From Octopus bimaculoides (taxonomy: Eukaryota): 57,417 bases of DNA. Shown in pieces: positions 12,619-24,248 of the stretch (its first letter is position 1; each line of letters begins with the position of its first letter). Location: assembly GCF_001194135.2 (NCBI RefSeq), contig NC_068982.1, positions 20,078,015 through 20,135,431 on the forward strand. Direction: 5' to 3'. The position numbers were made by a program, and so were the translations under genes. The notes under the pieces are model-generated. The model had not been told where the DNA came from and searched no databases. It was given only the letters and a program-made list of their open reading frames with translations.

Positions 12619-13014
12619 GTTCTATATTTAAGAGATGAGGAATTATGTACATTATATACATTATTTACATTATTTACATTCGATGGATATTTGTCCTCAT
12701 CTTGTTTGTTGTTAAGACAACACTACGCCATATGCCTACGGGCATATGGCGTAGTGGTTAAGAGCGTGGGCTACTAACCCCAAGATTCCTAGTTCGATTC
12801 CAAGCAATGACCTGAACAATAAAAATAAAAATAATAATAATAATAATAATAACAATAATAATAATGACATCGAAAAATACCTTAGGAATGAGAACCCAGG
12901 TTCGAAATTTCCCCAAAACACCTGAAGAAGGCTGGAGGGTATATCAGCTGAAACGTTGTGTTAACAACAAACAAGATGAGGACAAATATCCGTCGAATGT
13001 AAATAATGTAAATG
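12619..13014 (+). mobile_element. tRNA-headed SINE-like element with hammerhead-bearing tail, preceded by an inverted internally deleted copy; 12-bp TSD
   Basis: ATTTATAAGCTT at 12607-12618 and 13015-13026; A box TGGCGTAGTGG (12747-12757), B box AGTTCGATTCC (12791-12801); (AAT)n linker; hammerhead at 12917-12962; 12655-12721 is the reverse complement of 12955-13013. Confidence 0.85.
12917..12962 (+). ncRNA. Type I minimal hammerhead ribozyme (Penelope-type)
   Basis: Stem I AACAC (12917-12921)/GTGTT (12958-12962); core CTGAAGA (12922-12928); extra A; stem II GGCTG/CAGCT (one G-U); GAAA (12950-12953); palindromic ACGT stem III; predicted GUU cleavage after 12957. Confidence 0.75.
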
Positions 13015-13271
13015 ATTTATAAGCTTTACTAACCATTCAATTACTGTCACTCCTTTCTTTAGGCATTCCACTGTACACCTATCTATACCTGGCACCTTCC
13101 GGTTTGCCATCTTCTGCGGGGATTCCCTCACCTCAAGTCTTCCAGTTGCACAGTAGTTCCATTCCCCAACAACATGCATTCTCTTCTCTCCTCCTACAGC
13201 CACTATACTTTGCTCACTAACATCTTCCACATTTAGCAGCTCACTAAAATACTCTGCCCATCTCCTTCGTA

Positions 13272-13376
<105 letters not shown>

Positions 13377-13396
13377 ATATATGTATGTATGTATGT

Positions 13397-14587
13397 TATT
13401 TTATTTTAAGATTTCATGCCAATAGAGAAAGTATTGGTTCCTAATCTACATCCCACGCTTCTTCATTGGAATTTCAATAGCTTCAAACATGTTTGTGTGG
13501 ATGTGTGCAATATTTGGATTGAGTCCATGTGCAGATGTGTATGTTTTGTTGTATGTATGTATGTGTTCTCATGCATATAATTTCATGTTTGAACATGCAC
13601 GTATAGACTTAAATGCTAAACGAATGGAAAGCTTTACGAATTTTGACATTGATGGCTTGAATCTGTAATCTTCTAATTAGCATTCTGCTTTCTGGTTTTG
13701 ATAAGCCTAATTTCTCAAGACTGGTGCTTAGGAAGTTTGTTACGTATCCCAGTGTCCTCATAATTACAGGTATAAATCTGACGTTGTAATCCAGGTAGAG
13801 AAAGTGTAAATTTTTCAGTAGTTCAGCGTTGGAATTTCTTCGTCGCTGATATTTAACTTTATGTTGACATTCGCTGGGCATCTGATTTCTATTACTGCAC
13901 ATAGTTTCTCTTCTCAGTCCCAAATCACTATGTCTGGTCTACTATGTTTGCATTTTATTGAAGATTTGACTGGGATATTCCACCAGTACTCTTTCATATT
14001 ATGAGTGGCTATGGGTTTTACCACATTGTTAGTTCTTATTTCATGCACCTCAGGATTAGCTTTCCGAGGGATCTCAGCATGTAGCGTCTTGGCACAGAAG
14101 CATGTTTCATCGGTGGATAATAATTCGATGATATTTTTGGACAACTGCTTATGATGTGAGTGATGTATTTTGTGTTAACCTTACAAAATTTGCTTCGGCG
14201 ATCGTGAGTATAATGCATAGACTTCGAAGTTCTTCAAGCCACAGAGCATCTCGGTTAAACTCCATCTCTTCGCTCCAGATTTTCCTCCAGAAGGAGTTTG
14301 TCTTCTCGCAAAAGAGCTTTTATGATGTTTCTGCTTCTGCTATGTCTCTGTACATTGCTGCTTGGTTCCCGTTAATTTGGCTGTCTCTGTTATTCTTTCG
14401 GTTATCCTCTTCTGATGTCGGAGTTTATCAATGGTAGCTTTTAGCTCCTGCTTGAGGGTAATCAGTTTGCAATTGAGAACTCTCTATTTGCTATGTCCAA
14501 ACATCACTTCTATGTCATTCTTCACTTTCCTCGGTAAGACGTATTGTGATCTGCTTGTTTCCAACCAATAAGCATCGTCACATTTTT
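13397..14587 (-). mobile_element. 5'-truncated non-LTR retrotransposon with restriction-like endonuclease (R4/Dong-like), family X
   Basis: Fragments YVLPRK (cf. RLYLPRK), KFCKVNTKYITHIISSCPK (CCHC knuckle remnant), KHSRPDIVIWD (RLE PD..D), RFIPVIMRTLGYV..LEKLGLSKPESRMLIRRLQIQ; 3' UTR matches 57120-57331. Confidence 0.85.
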
Positions 14588-14626
14588 GTATGTATGTATG
14601 TATATATGTATGTATGTATCTCCCTC

Positions 14627-14662
<36 letters not shown>

Positions 14663-14796
14663 NNNNNNNNNNNNNNNNNNNNNNNNNNNNNNNNNNNNNN
14701 NNNNNNNNNNNNNNNNNNNNNNNNNNNNNNNNNNNNNNNNNNNNNNNNNNNNNNNNNNNNNNNNNNNNNNNNNNTATATATATATATATATATATA

Positions 14797-14843
<47 letters not shown>

Positions 14844-15146
14844 ACATACACAGACTCATACACACTCGCTCATGTTCAAATAAGTATTAAATACACCCTA
14901 GGATATTTTAGTGATAAAACCGATACTGTAAATAATCTCTGAATCGTTTCAGGCCAGGTCAAAACCAACTGGAAAATTATGAGCGCATGGCTGTCCGGAG
15001 GATGAATGATTGGGCGCGCTGGTGATAGTGGGAAAGTTTGGGTTGGACACATTACTGACAAGGACAGGTGAAGACACGTGTGAATTGGGGTAGCTGAGTG
15101 CTGAAGCAGCAACCAGATCAGATGAATTGAACACATTATAGCAGTA

Positions 15147-15365
15147 GGCTGTGAGCTGGCAGAATCATTAGCACACCGGGCAAAAATGCTTAGCGACATT
15201 TCTCCATCTTTACGTTCTAAGTTCAAATTCCGCTGAGGTCGACTTTGCCTTTCATCTTTTCGCGGTCAATGAAATAAATACCAGTTGAGCACTGGGATCG
15301 ATGTAATGGACTAACCCTCTCCCTCAAAATTCCAGGTTTTTACCTACATTAGAAAGGGTTATAAC
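15147..15365 (+). mobile_element. 'GCGGCGAGCTGGCAGAA' SINE-like family copy
   Basis: gagctggcagaatcattagcac..aagttcaaattccgctgaggtcgactttgcctttcatc..gcactgggatcgat; B-box-like GTTCAAATTCC. Confidence 0.85.
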
Positions 15366-15450
15366 ATAGAAAAGAGAGGAGGTAGAGGCTGGACTGTTCC
15401 CATTAGTGATAAAGTGGCTAGTAGCTGAGTGGAAGAAATACTCCATTTTA

Positions 15451-15664
15451 GGCACCACCTGAAATTAGAAGTACGTCGGTGTCAGTTAGCAAGTGTTCGT
15501 TTCGAGTACACGGTCCTAATAAGTGTTGTATAGAGAAACTGTACACCCCTCCCGGTAATAAGTGGTAGAAGCCAGTCGAAAGTACGTGTAGACTGTGTTG
15601 ATAGTCGTGTCTGTGCTTATATAGTAAATATAGTGTTATACTGAGTGGGCGTTATAACGTCACA
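15451..15664 (-). mobile_element. Possible short LTR with PBS-like sequence
   Basis: Minus strand starts TGTGACG at 15664, contains CTATATAAG, ends ..AATTTCA at 15460, then GG-TGGTGCC. No second LTR or internal ORF seen. Confidence 0.25.
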
Positions 15665-16870
15665 GCCTTTTGAGGATAACACTATACGACTGGGGGTCGT
15701 ACAGCGCCGGATAGAGCCATTCTATCGTTGACTTCGGAAAATAACAATATCTGTCAGAGCGACAGCCGTCGCAAAAGACAGATACAACAGTGGCAAAAAG
15801 CGCTTTATAACAACAATAATTAAACATGTATTTTCCGAAGCAAAGATTCAAAGAAACTCGGTAAAAGCGAGATCCTGCATTTGGAACAACTGTGAAGGAT
15901 GTAGTTGCATGACGCCCAAAATTAAAAGGGGATATGATGCATTTGCGTTTCTTTGAAAAATGTACTTCCTACATATTTTAGCGGTTAAATGAGACAAGGT
16001 TTGCATGGCCCCACTGAAGGATGTTTTCATGGTCTCTTTTTATGCAGATTCAGCGTGTGATGTTCAAGTTTCCTGTTACTGATGCATGGGCAGAGAGGAT
16101 CGTAGGTTTGAACATATGTATAGGAATGGGTGTAAATAAACGGAGTAGTAAATATTTCATTGACGTTTAAACTGAAAAGAATGAGGCACAAAATCGGATC
16201 CCAATAAACTCCAAATTTGATTCAGAGGAGCAAAAGGGGCTTGCCTTTTGAGATACGACGTAACTGCTATTTTACAGAAAGCTACCTAGTTTTAAGTGAT
16301 AATTGGTTCATAGACAAGAATATTTATAGGAGTTCTGCGTGCCACATATGGTTGAAGATGCTGCTAAAGCCCATGCGATGCCGCCTCTAAGCTTTTCTAA
16401 AGCGAGACGTGACTGGTGAATGACGTAAGAAAATAGAAAAATGGAAATGATTTCACATGATAACTGACTTCATTAGTTATTTATTAGATTCTCTTATAAG
16501 CTAGTTTCCAACAACGGTTGTATCTATGCCTAGCAGATGAAGTCTAATAACAAAGAATATTCTTAGAAGTTAACTTCGGTAACTGTGGAAATGATCAAAT
16601 TATTATTAAGCAATAAGTTAATTTGATCTTATCGTAATACATTAATATATTTAACTTGATATTTTGCTCCGCGCAAAATCAGTTGATATCTTCAAAGTAC
16701 TTTTGGAAGCATAGAGTACTGAATTTGTACCTTTTACAGATACTTTCAACTGAATATATATATTCAGTTTCTTTCGATTAATTGTTATTTGAGAGAAAAA
16801 AAGAGACACATCAACATGCTCTCTTTCTCTCACACTATATGTGTGTGTGCCTGTGTGTGTGCCTCTGTGC

Positions 16871-16944
<74 letters not shown>

Positions 16945-17920
16945 GCATGCATACACAGAATTTGAGAGTGGGTGTTTATAATTTTATAATAATTATTCGA
17001 ATTTTATGTTCGTTTCAATTAAACGATATTACCGTTTTCATTTCTCTTAATATGCGTTACCATAATTAATCTTATTTTCTCTTCTATATCATTTATCTAT
17101 TTTTTTTTATCTTTATACTTTCGAGTGAAAAACAGAAACAGCAATTATACACTTCGTTATATTTTCATCTTATTTCTATCATTATGTTCATTACTCATTT
17201 GATGATTAAAATATTAATTACTACAACAATTTTCTGAAAAAAAAAATAAAAAATATGTATTACTCATATAGGAACTTCAATGGTTTGATTCTTTGTTCAT
17301 AATACATACGTTGTTCTTGTTCTTGTTAGACTTATTTAGTTGAAAATAATTATAAAGAAAGCCAAAATATGTGACAGAAATTAAAACTTAATAAATTCTG
17401 AAAAAATCATATAATTAAATATGTGATGATAATCAAATTGAGAACGACAAAAATAAAAAATTTTAGTGAAATAAAGAATATTAAGAGAATTAAAGAGAAA
17501 ATACTATTAAAAAAATGTAGAAAATAATTATCAAAATATATGTAAGAAAAATATATGTTAGATCGGAAATGAAAGTGAGAATAACGTATAGTTATGCGCA
17601 TTAATGAATTGGTTTAGTTATTATCTGGAGTCTGTGTAAATCTCCCGGGTCAATACTTGCAATTATAACAGCAACTGAACCATGAAGTATAATTAAGTTC
17701 TATCATATTGTTTACTAATTAAATATACGTTGTGAAATTTAATTTTTGTTACATTCAAAAGGTTCCTATTTTGCATATATATATATACACAATTGCATAC
17801 AATACAATATGTTCTCACCATATCGCAGTTAGATTCACTCTCACCGCCTTCTTTGTATATTAAATATCTGTGTGTAAGCATTTATGTATGTATAAAAAGC
17901 TAAAAGGTATGTATGCATAA

Positions 17921-17951
<31 letters not shown>

Positions 17952-19875
17952 NNNNNNNNNNNNNNNNNNNNNNNNNNNNNNNNNNNNNNNNNNNNNNNNN
18001 NNNNNNNNNNNNNNNNNNNNNNNNNNNNNNNNNNNNNNNNNNNNNNNNNNNNNNNNNNNNNNNNNNNNNNNNNNNNNNNNNNNNNNNNNNNNNNNNNNNN
18101 NNNNNNNNNNNNNNNNNNNNNNNNNNNNNNNNNNNNNNNNNNNNNNNNNNNNNNNNNNNNNNNNNNNNNNNNNNNNNNNNNNNNNNNNNNNNNNNNNNNN
18201 NNNNNNNNNNNNNNNNNNNNNNNNNNNNNNNNNNNNNNNNNNNNNNNNNNNNNNNNNNNNNNNNNNNNNNNNNNNNNNNNNNNNNNNNNNNNNNNNNNNN
18301 NNNNNNNNNNNNNNNTGTGTGTGTGTGATATGAATACACATGTATTCGTATATACATGCATATACGAATACACATGTATTCGTATATGTATGTAGTTATG
18401 AATTTTTCAAAGATCTTTAATGCGCAACCACAAATATGAAAGAGGAGGATATAGGGAAATACATGGGTGTGATGAATAAAGAATAACCATATACGTTAAC
18501 AGTTCCTACTCAACACACAGAGGAAAACATAAGTAGACAAAGAGGGACACAAACACATACAGTGGAACACAAACACTAACACCCCCCGCCCCCAACACAC
18601 AGACACATGTGATCAACATGCAGCCGGGTTACTTCCTTGGACCAATGCAATCAAGTCTGATGTCCCGAATGAGCGATGCGGCATGAAAGTCCAAGTTTGT
18701 TTTCAGTCTTATCAACCTTTCACTAGCTGAAGTATCTCATTTGCAGTTGTCTGTTCATCTTTTCAGCATCTAGTGATATATATTATTGATTCAAGAAAAT
18801 TCATTTGCCGAAATAGTTCATATCCATCATGCTGCTTTTCAGGGTTTCAATGTACCCTGGCTCAGATGGCTACATTGCCATTTAAACCGTAGCCAGAAAC
18901 CTGCAGAGTAACCCTGAGAAACAATAGTGGCTAAAAGGGGGTTTCGCACTCTTAAAAACTCTGGGCCCTCCTGATCCAGAGCTCAACTAGCATCTGCAGT
19001 TTAAAGACATACATGTACACCTACACATATGAGAATCCATATTAAAATATACCATAACTATTAATGCAATTTCGGATCACCATTGATGCCCAAACCATAT
19101 TTAATTTAGATTGTCTTTTTCCCTGATCTTTTTTACTTGTGGATTTGGTTCGTATATTTGGCGTATTGGCAGCTTCATTGGGCCTTTAGCATTTGCACAG
19201 CCTCTTTAAGTATCGAGTTCGAATGACTCTCGTCCTGCCGAGTCGAACAATTAATGCGCTAATCAACTATTAGAGTTGATGGTGTAACGATTATTCGAAA
19301 TTGAATCACTAGGTTGACGGTCAGGCATCACGATAAAACCACATTTCTTTCACATGATCAGTCAAATGAGTAACCAACTATCACTAAGCCACCGCCTGAT
19401 TGAATCTTCTAGAATCTTCTCTTTATGCGCTATAAATAGACGATTTTGGGGGTAATTGCTCAATACTGAGGCAGCCGCGTGTTATGTCTCCATTCTCGCC
19501 ACATCCACCCGGGTAAGACAGATGGCCGATAGTATACAGGAATTTTCATCGTCACTTCTAAGATGTAATTATTACCATTAGTATTTGTAAAAGAGCAATA
19601 CTGTTAAAACTCTATGTGCAGTAATCAAATCTTCCGTTAACTGTTCTTGGCTATTATCAATTATTTATTTCTTCACGCGGTCTGAGAAATACATTTTCAT
19701 TCAGCAAATCAACCAGTTATCCCCAACCGACAATGGCTTCAACTAATTTCAGACCCTTAAATTTTCATACAAAGGTTATGTCACATTTCAAAACGGAAAA
19801 TACATGCCTTTTTGGTTTTAATTGATATATTTAATCAAGGAAACATTTCCCCTCGTTATTGATAAAATAATTAAT

Positions 19876-20075
19876 GCGGCGAGCTGGCAGAATCGTTAGC
19901 ACGCTGGAAAAATGTTACCAGCCATTTCTTCGGGTTTTACGATCTGTATTCAAATTCCGCTGCGGTCGACTTTGCCGTCCATTCTTTTAGGACCGATACA
20001 ATAAGGGCCAGTTGAACACTAGAGTCGATGATGCAATAGACTAGCCTCCTTACCTAAAATTTCATGACCGGTATC
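19876..20075 (+). mobile_element. 'GCGGCGAGCTGGCAGAA' SINE-like family copy
   Basis: Begins gcggcgagctggcagaatcgttagcacgc; ttcaaattccgctgcggtcgactttgcc. Confidence 0.85.
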
Positions 20076-21214
20076 TATATCATTGATGATTCAGTACCAT
20101 CTATTTGGCAAAATCTTCGGGTTTGGAAGCAAATCTTCAATACCATTTTTAATATAGTGACAATAAATTTTTCCCTCTATATAATGTGAGATAGAGGTAA
20201 GTCTGCGGAGTAAGATGGATGAGATTTTCATAATTAATGCTATAATGTTTTCCTGAGTATCTTATATATACTCTTGTATTCTCGCATAAGAGAAACGCAC
20301 CATTAGGATTGAAAAACATGAAAAGTGCTTTTTCTGTAAATGTGCGCACTGATTCCAATTGACCAAAATTCGTCTGCTCAATAAATGTTTTATTTTAACA
20401 CTACATGTTAGATGGCACTTTTCATATACCACCATACACACAGTATAATATGTTTTGGATGTAGTTTCGGATTAGTGATGCATTTTCGACTTTCATTGGG
20501 TGAAAATCTTTGCCGTATTTCTTAGATATTTTCCTTATGTTTTAAGATTCTACGCAGGAATTGCTTGGTAGCAAGTCTATTCATCAAAGACGGGAAGAGG
20601 ACAAAATTTGATTACGCTGGGAAGTAGAGAAATGATTCTTGCTGTTTCCATTGGAGTTCCCATAGCATGCAATATATGATATGGGTTTGATCCAAACTCA
20701 TTTTCAAAGAGGAAAAAATGGAATTTAAGCAGTGTCTTATAACGAAATCTACAAACAACAAAAGTACATGTAAAAATCGATGCTTAATTCACCATATGTT
20801 CTGAAAAAAAAAAAATCTTCAAATTGATCATGTCAAAAATGCGATTGAACTGTCTTTCCAACCTAATATTTGAAGATAAAAATGAAGCTGTCTGTGATTT
20901 TCCGTTCTTTCTATATATCTTCATACATTTACCTGAGAGAGTACTTGGAGAGAGAGAAAGAAAGAGAACAAATCAAAGACAATCAAAGAGACTCTGTTTA
21001 GGTGTATAGGAAAGAGAAAGGCTAATTTGCTGAATGTAAAATAAGCTTTGGTTATATATAGACCTGGTACATATTCACTCGGTTTCTTTTGGCGAACCCC
21101 TATGTTGCGGAGTCATAAATACATCAAGACCGGACGGCAAGCGTGGGGTGGGGCACAAACACACGCACACACTCACATGCACGCACAAAAAGACATACAC
21201 GCACGCACACACAC

Positions 21215-21370
21215 ATACATCGGACTTCTATTTTCGACCACTAAATTCACTTTCAAGCATTTGGCCTCTGCAAGCCTATAGTAGATAACACCTGCCCAAG
21301 GTGACACGCAGTGGAACTGAACCAGGATCCACGTGGTTGGAAACCAAGCTTCTACCCACACAAACAAGCC
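21215..21370 (-). mobile_element. 5' half of tRNA-derived SINE family C with CORE-like block
   Basis: Minus strand GTGTGGGTAGAAGCTTGGTTTCCAACCACGTGGATCCTGGTTCAGTTCCACTGCGTGTCACCTTGGGCAGGTGTT; ACCTTGGGCA resembles SINE CORE/V central domains. Confidence 0.65.
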
Positions 21371-21450
21371 TACCAAACACGAAAGATACACATTTCAAAT
21401 GGCTCTATATTTCTCCATACATTAATCGAAGTTTCTACCACCTAAAGCTT

Positions 21451-21834
21451 TGTTGTTGGCACTCCGTCGCTTACGACGACGAGGGTTCCAGTTGATCCGA
21501 TCAACGGTACAGCCTGCTCGTGAAATTAACGTGCAAGTGGCTGAGCACTCCACAGACACGTGTACCTTTAACGTAGTTCTCGGGGATATCCAGCGTGACA
21601 CAGTGTGACAAACTGACCCTTTGAATTACAGACACAACAGAAACAGGAAGTAAGAGTGAGAGAAAGTTGTGGTGAAAGAGTACAGCAGGGTTCGCCACCA
21701 TCCCCTGCCGGAGCCTCGTGGAGCTTTAGGTGTTTTCGCTCAATAAACACTCACAACGCCCGGTCAGGAAATCGAAACCGCGATCCTATGACCGCGAGTC
21801 CGCTGCCCTAACCACTGGGCCATTGCGCCTCCAC
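21451..21834 (-). mobile_element. Full-length, well-preserved tRNA-derived SINE (family D)
   Basis: Minus strand head GTGGAGGCGCAATGGCCCAGTGGTTAGGGCAGCGGACTCGCGGTCATAGGATCGCGGTTTCGATT with A and B boxes; CpG-rich body ending ..GTAAGCGACGGAGTGCCAACAAC. Confidence 0.85.
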
Positions 21835-22249
21835 TCCCACCACCTAAAGCACAAATGGCATAATATAACAGTATACTAACCTTAATTTTCGACGTAGTGT
21901 AATGCAATCCAAGTTGAAGATATCTTTTATCGTATAAATATGATTTTAGTCTCTTCACAACGACCTTCTTGCTATACTATTGGTCCTAAATACTTGAGTC
22001 GCAAATGTCTCTTCATCTACATTCGTGTTCGCTTCTTTTTGTTCTGTGTCGCTAATAACCATTATCTTTGCCCTTTGTTACATTCATATTTAGACCTTTC
22101 TCGTACTTTCCCATTGCTGCTTGCCATTAACCACGTAGTATCATCATATCTTATATTGTTTCTATTCATGCTTTTGATAGTGAGTCTTTTGATCAGATAT
22201 TAATATATATCCAGTATAGATATAAATAGGAATGGTGATAGCCTTTATA

Positions 22250-22252
22250 CAT

Positions 22253-22285
<33 letters not shown>

Positions 22286-22292
22286 TATACAC

Positions 22293-22327
<35 letters not shown>

Positions 22328-22375
22328 CATACATACATGCATACATACATACATGCATACATACATACGTACATC
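22250..22375. repeat. (ACAT)n/(CA)n compound microsatellite
   Basis: Directly visible. Confidence 0.9.
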
Positions 22376-22392
22376 CATATGCAATGTATAAA

Positions 22393-22620
22393 TAGTAGAA
22401 TCTCGCAGTATGAGTGCACCATTGTTCAAGAAATTTGCTGTACAAGCCGAAGCTCGTGCGAATTTTTGTCTCGAAGTACGAGTGTAAATCTGCAGTACGA
22501 TGAAGTTTCATGCAAATGACCGATAGTCGGCGCTGAGCTTCACACGCTCTCCTAAGAAGCACAACTTCCGCTCGCTCAGTTCACGTGTTCATCTCGTTAT
22601 GGCAGCAACACTCTTGTTGT
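22393..22620 (+). mobile_element. Possible left end of a pogo/Tigger-like DNA transposon
   Basis: tagtagaatctcgcagtatgagt resembles Tigger-type TIR CAGTAGAACCTCG..TACGAG; ctcgaagtacgag recurs internally. No right TIR found. Confidence 0.35.
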
Positions 22621-22726
22621 TTTTCCCAGAGTTTTGTGCATTTTTTGCTATTATTCAACAATAATTAGTTGTGTTAGCCATGGGTCCTAAGAATTAGAGA
22701 AAGGATGAGGGAGAAAAAACGAAAGG

Positions 22727-22848
<122 letters not shown>

Positions 22849-23974
22849 ACAGTACAGGGTAGAGTCGCATCAAAATCATTAAAATAAACTTACTTGGAAA
22901 TGGATGCTTGGTCCCACCCTTACCACTCACTTCCCGTTAGATTTAAGAGGCATATTTTCATACTGTTGTATTGAGAAACAAGTGCGTATTCTGCGTTAAA
23001 TGAAGAAACGGTTGCAAGTAAAAATTCTGTAAATAATAGAAATAATTATAAGCTTAAAGCTTTTAATTATTTTTATGATTCACAGAATACATACCGACTT
23101 AAGGAATATTTAGTCGAATGAATTGAAACCACTACTTTTTAAAACCTGGATCTGATTCTATCAGTCTCTTTTGGAACTTAAATATATGTTTGTGTGTGTG
23201 TGTGTGTTTTGCGGTATTACGGGGTGAATACGCTATAACGGAGTGTATAAATGTCGGGACAAAACCCACGTTCCCACAAGACTAAGGTCTGCGTCATTGA
23301 TTTCATGCGCCACTACCCGTATCACTTGAGTTCGTTCTCAGATACAAACCCTTGCGACATGTGTACACCACTTCAAGTGTCATTGCGTTCATAGCTTATT
23401 TTGCAGTACTTATTCTGCTGTACTACGCCCTTAGTAATACACCTTATTACACAATAATTTTTCTGACGTAATGCTTATTATGTATGTATGTAAATACTAA
23501 TTTTCCTTCTTGTAGCATATTATCTTTCTCTCAATATACTCTCCTCCTCTGCTACTCCCACCCCACCCTTTTACCTCAATGTTTATCTCTTCCTTCCTCT
23601 ATGTTTTGTTGGTCGACATACTAAACTAATTTATGGTCAGCTTAATATTAACTTAGCCATCCGTGACGTCTGCTTTCGCTCGGGCTGAATTTATTATTAT
23701 CTTCTGTTCTCTCCATCTCTTCCCTTCAATTCTATCCTCTATCCTTTCTTGTTATGCTGAAGTTCTCGTTCCTCTCTCCCTCACCCTTGACCACTTCCTG
23801 CTTCCTTTCTCCTCTTAACCGTTTATTTTACTAACACTAGTATATGAACGGCGCGTGCGAATTCTCGTCATGTAGTCATGTGACTGGTTAATGGTTGCAT
23901 ATCTATATTTGCACATTTCATCTGCAAATTATGATTATTATAATTACTATCTTTTATCGTTTATCTTTTAATTA

Positions 23975-24045
23975 TCTCACTCATTAGACTGTGACCATGC
24001 TGGGACACTGCCTTGAAGAATTTTAGTACAATAAATTGATACCAG
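23975..24045 (-). mobile_element. 3' tail fragment of SINE family C
   Basis: tcattagactgtgaccatgctgggacactgccttgaag is the reverse complement of the family C tail. Confidence 0.55.
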
Positions 24046-24200
24046 TACTTAATAATTCTTAAAGACTGGTATATATATACCATCGATCCCTTTTGCCGAG
24101 ACACAACTCTGGTTGCAAAGTGATGTGAGGGAGGGACCCAAACGCAACGATAAACACAGACATACACACATGCGAATACATACACACACACATGCACACA

Positions 24201-24248
<48 letters not shown>

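Noticed and set aside
12741-12813. Possible tRNA-Ser gene
   Set aside because: Acceptor stem does not pair, no long variable arm, and it is embedded in a TSD-flanked repeat; it is a SINE head.
18361-18386. Palindrome TATACGAATAC-acat-GTATTCGTATA, partly duplicated just upstream
   Set aside because: Low complexity, adjacent to a gap and microsatellite; likely slippage or assembly product.
18620-18900. Protein-like minus-strand peptides (DEQTTANEILQLVKG, LIRLKTNLDFHAASLIRDIRLDCIG)
   Set aside because: Different frames with stops, no family recognised.
23652-23686. Helitron/Helentron-like terminal word (gctttcgctcggg)
   Set aside because: Single short motif, no matching other end.
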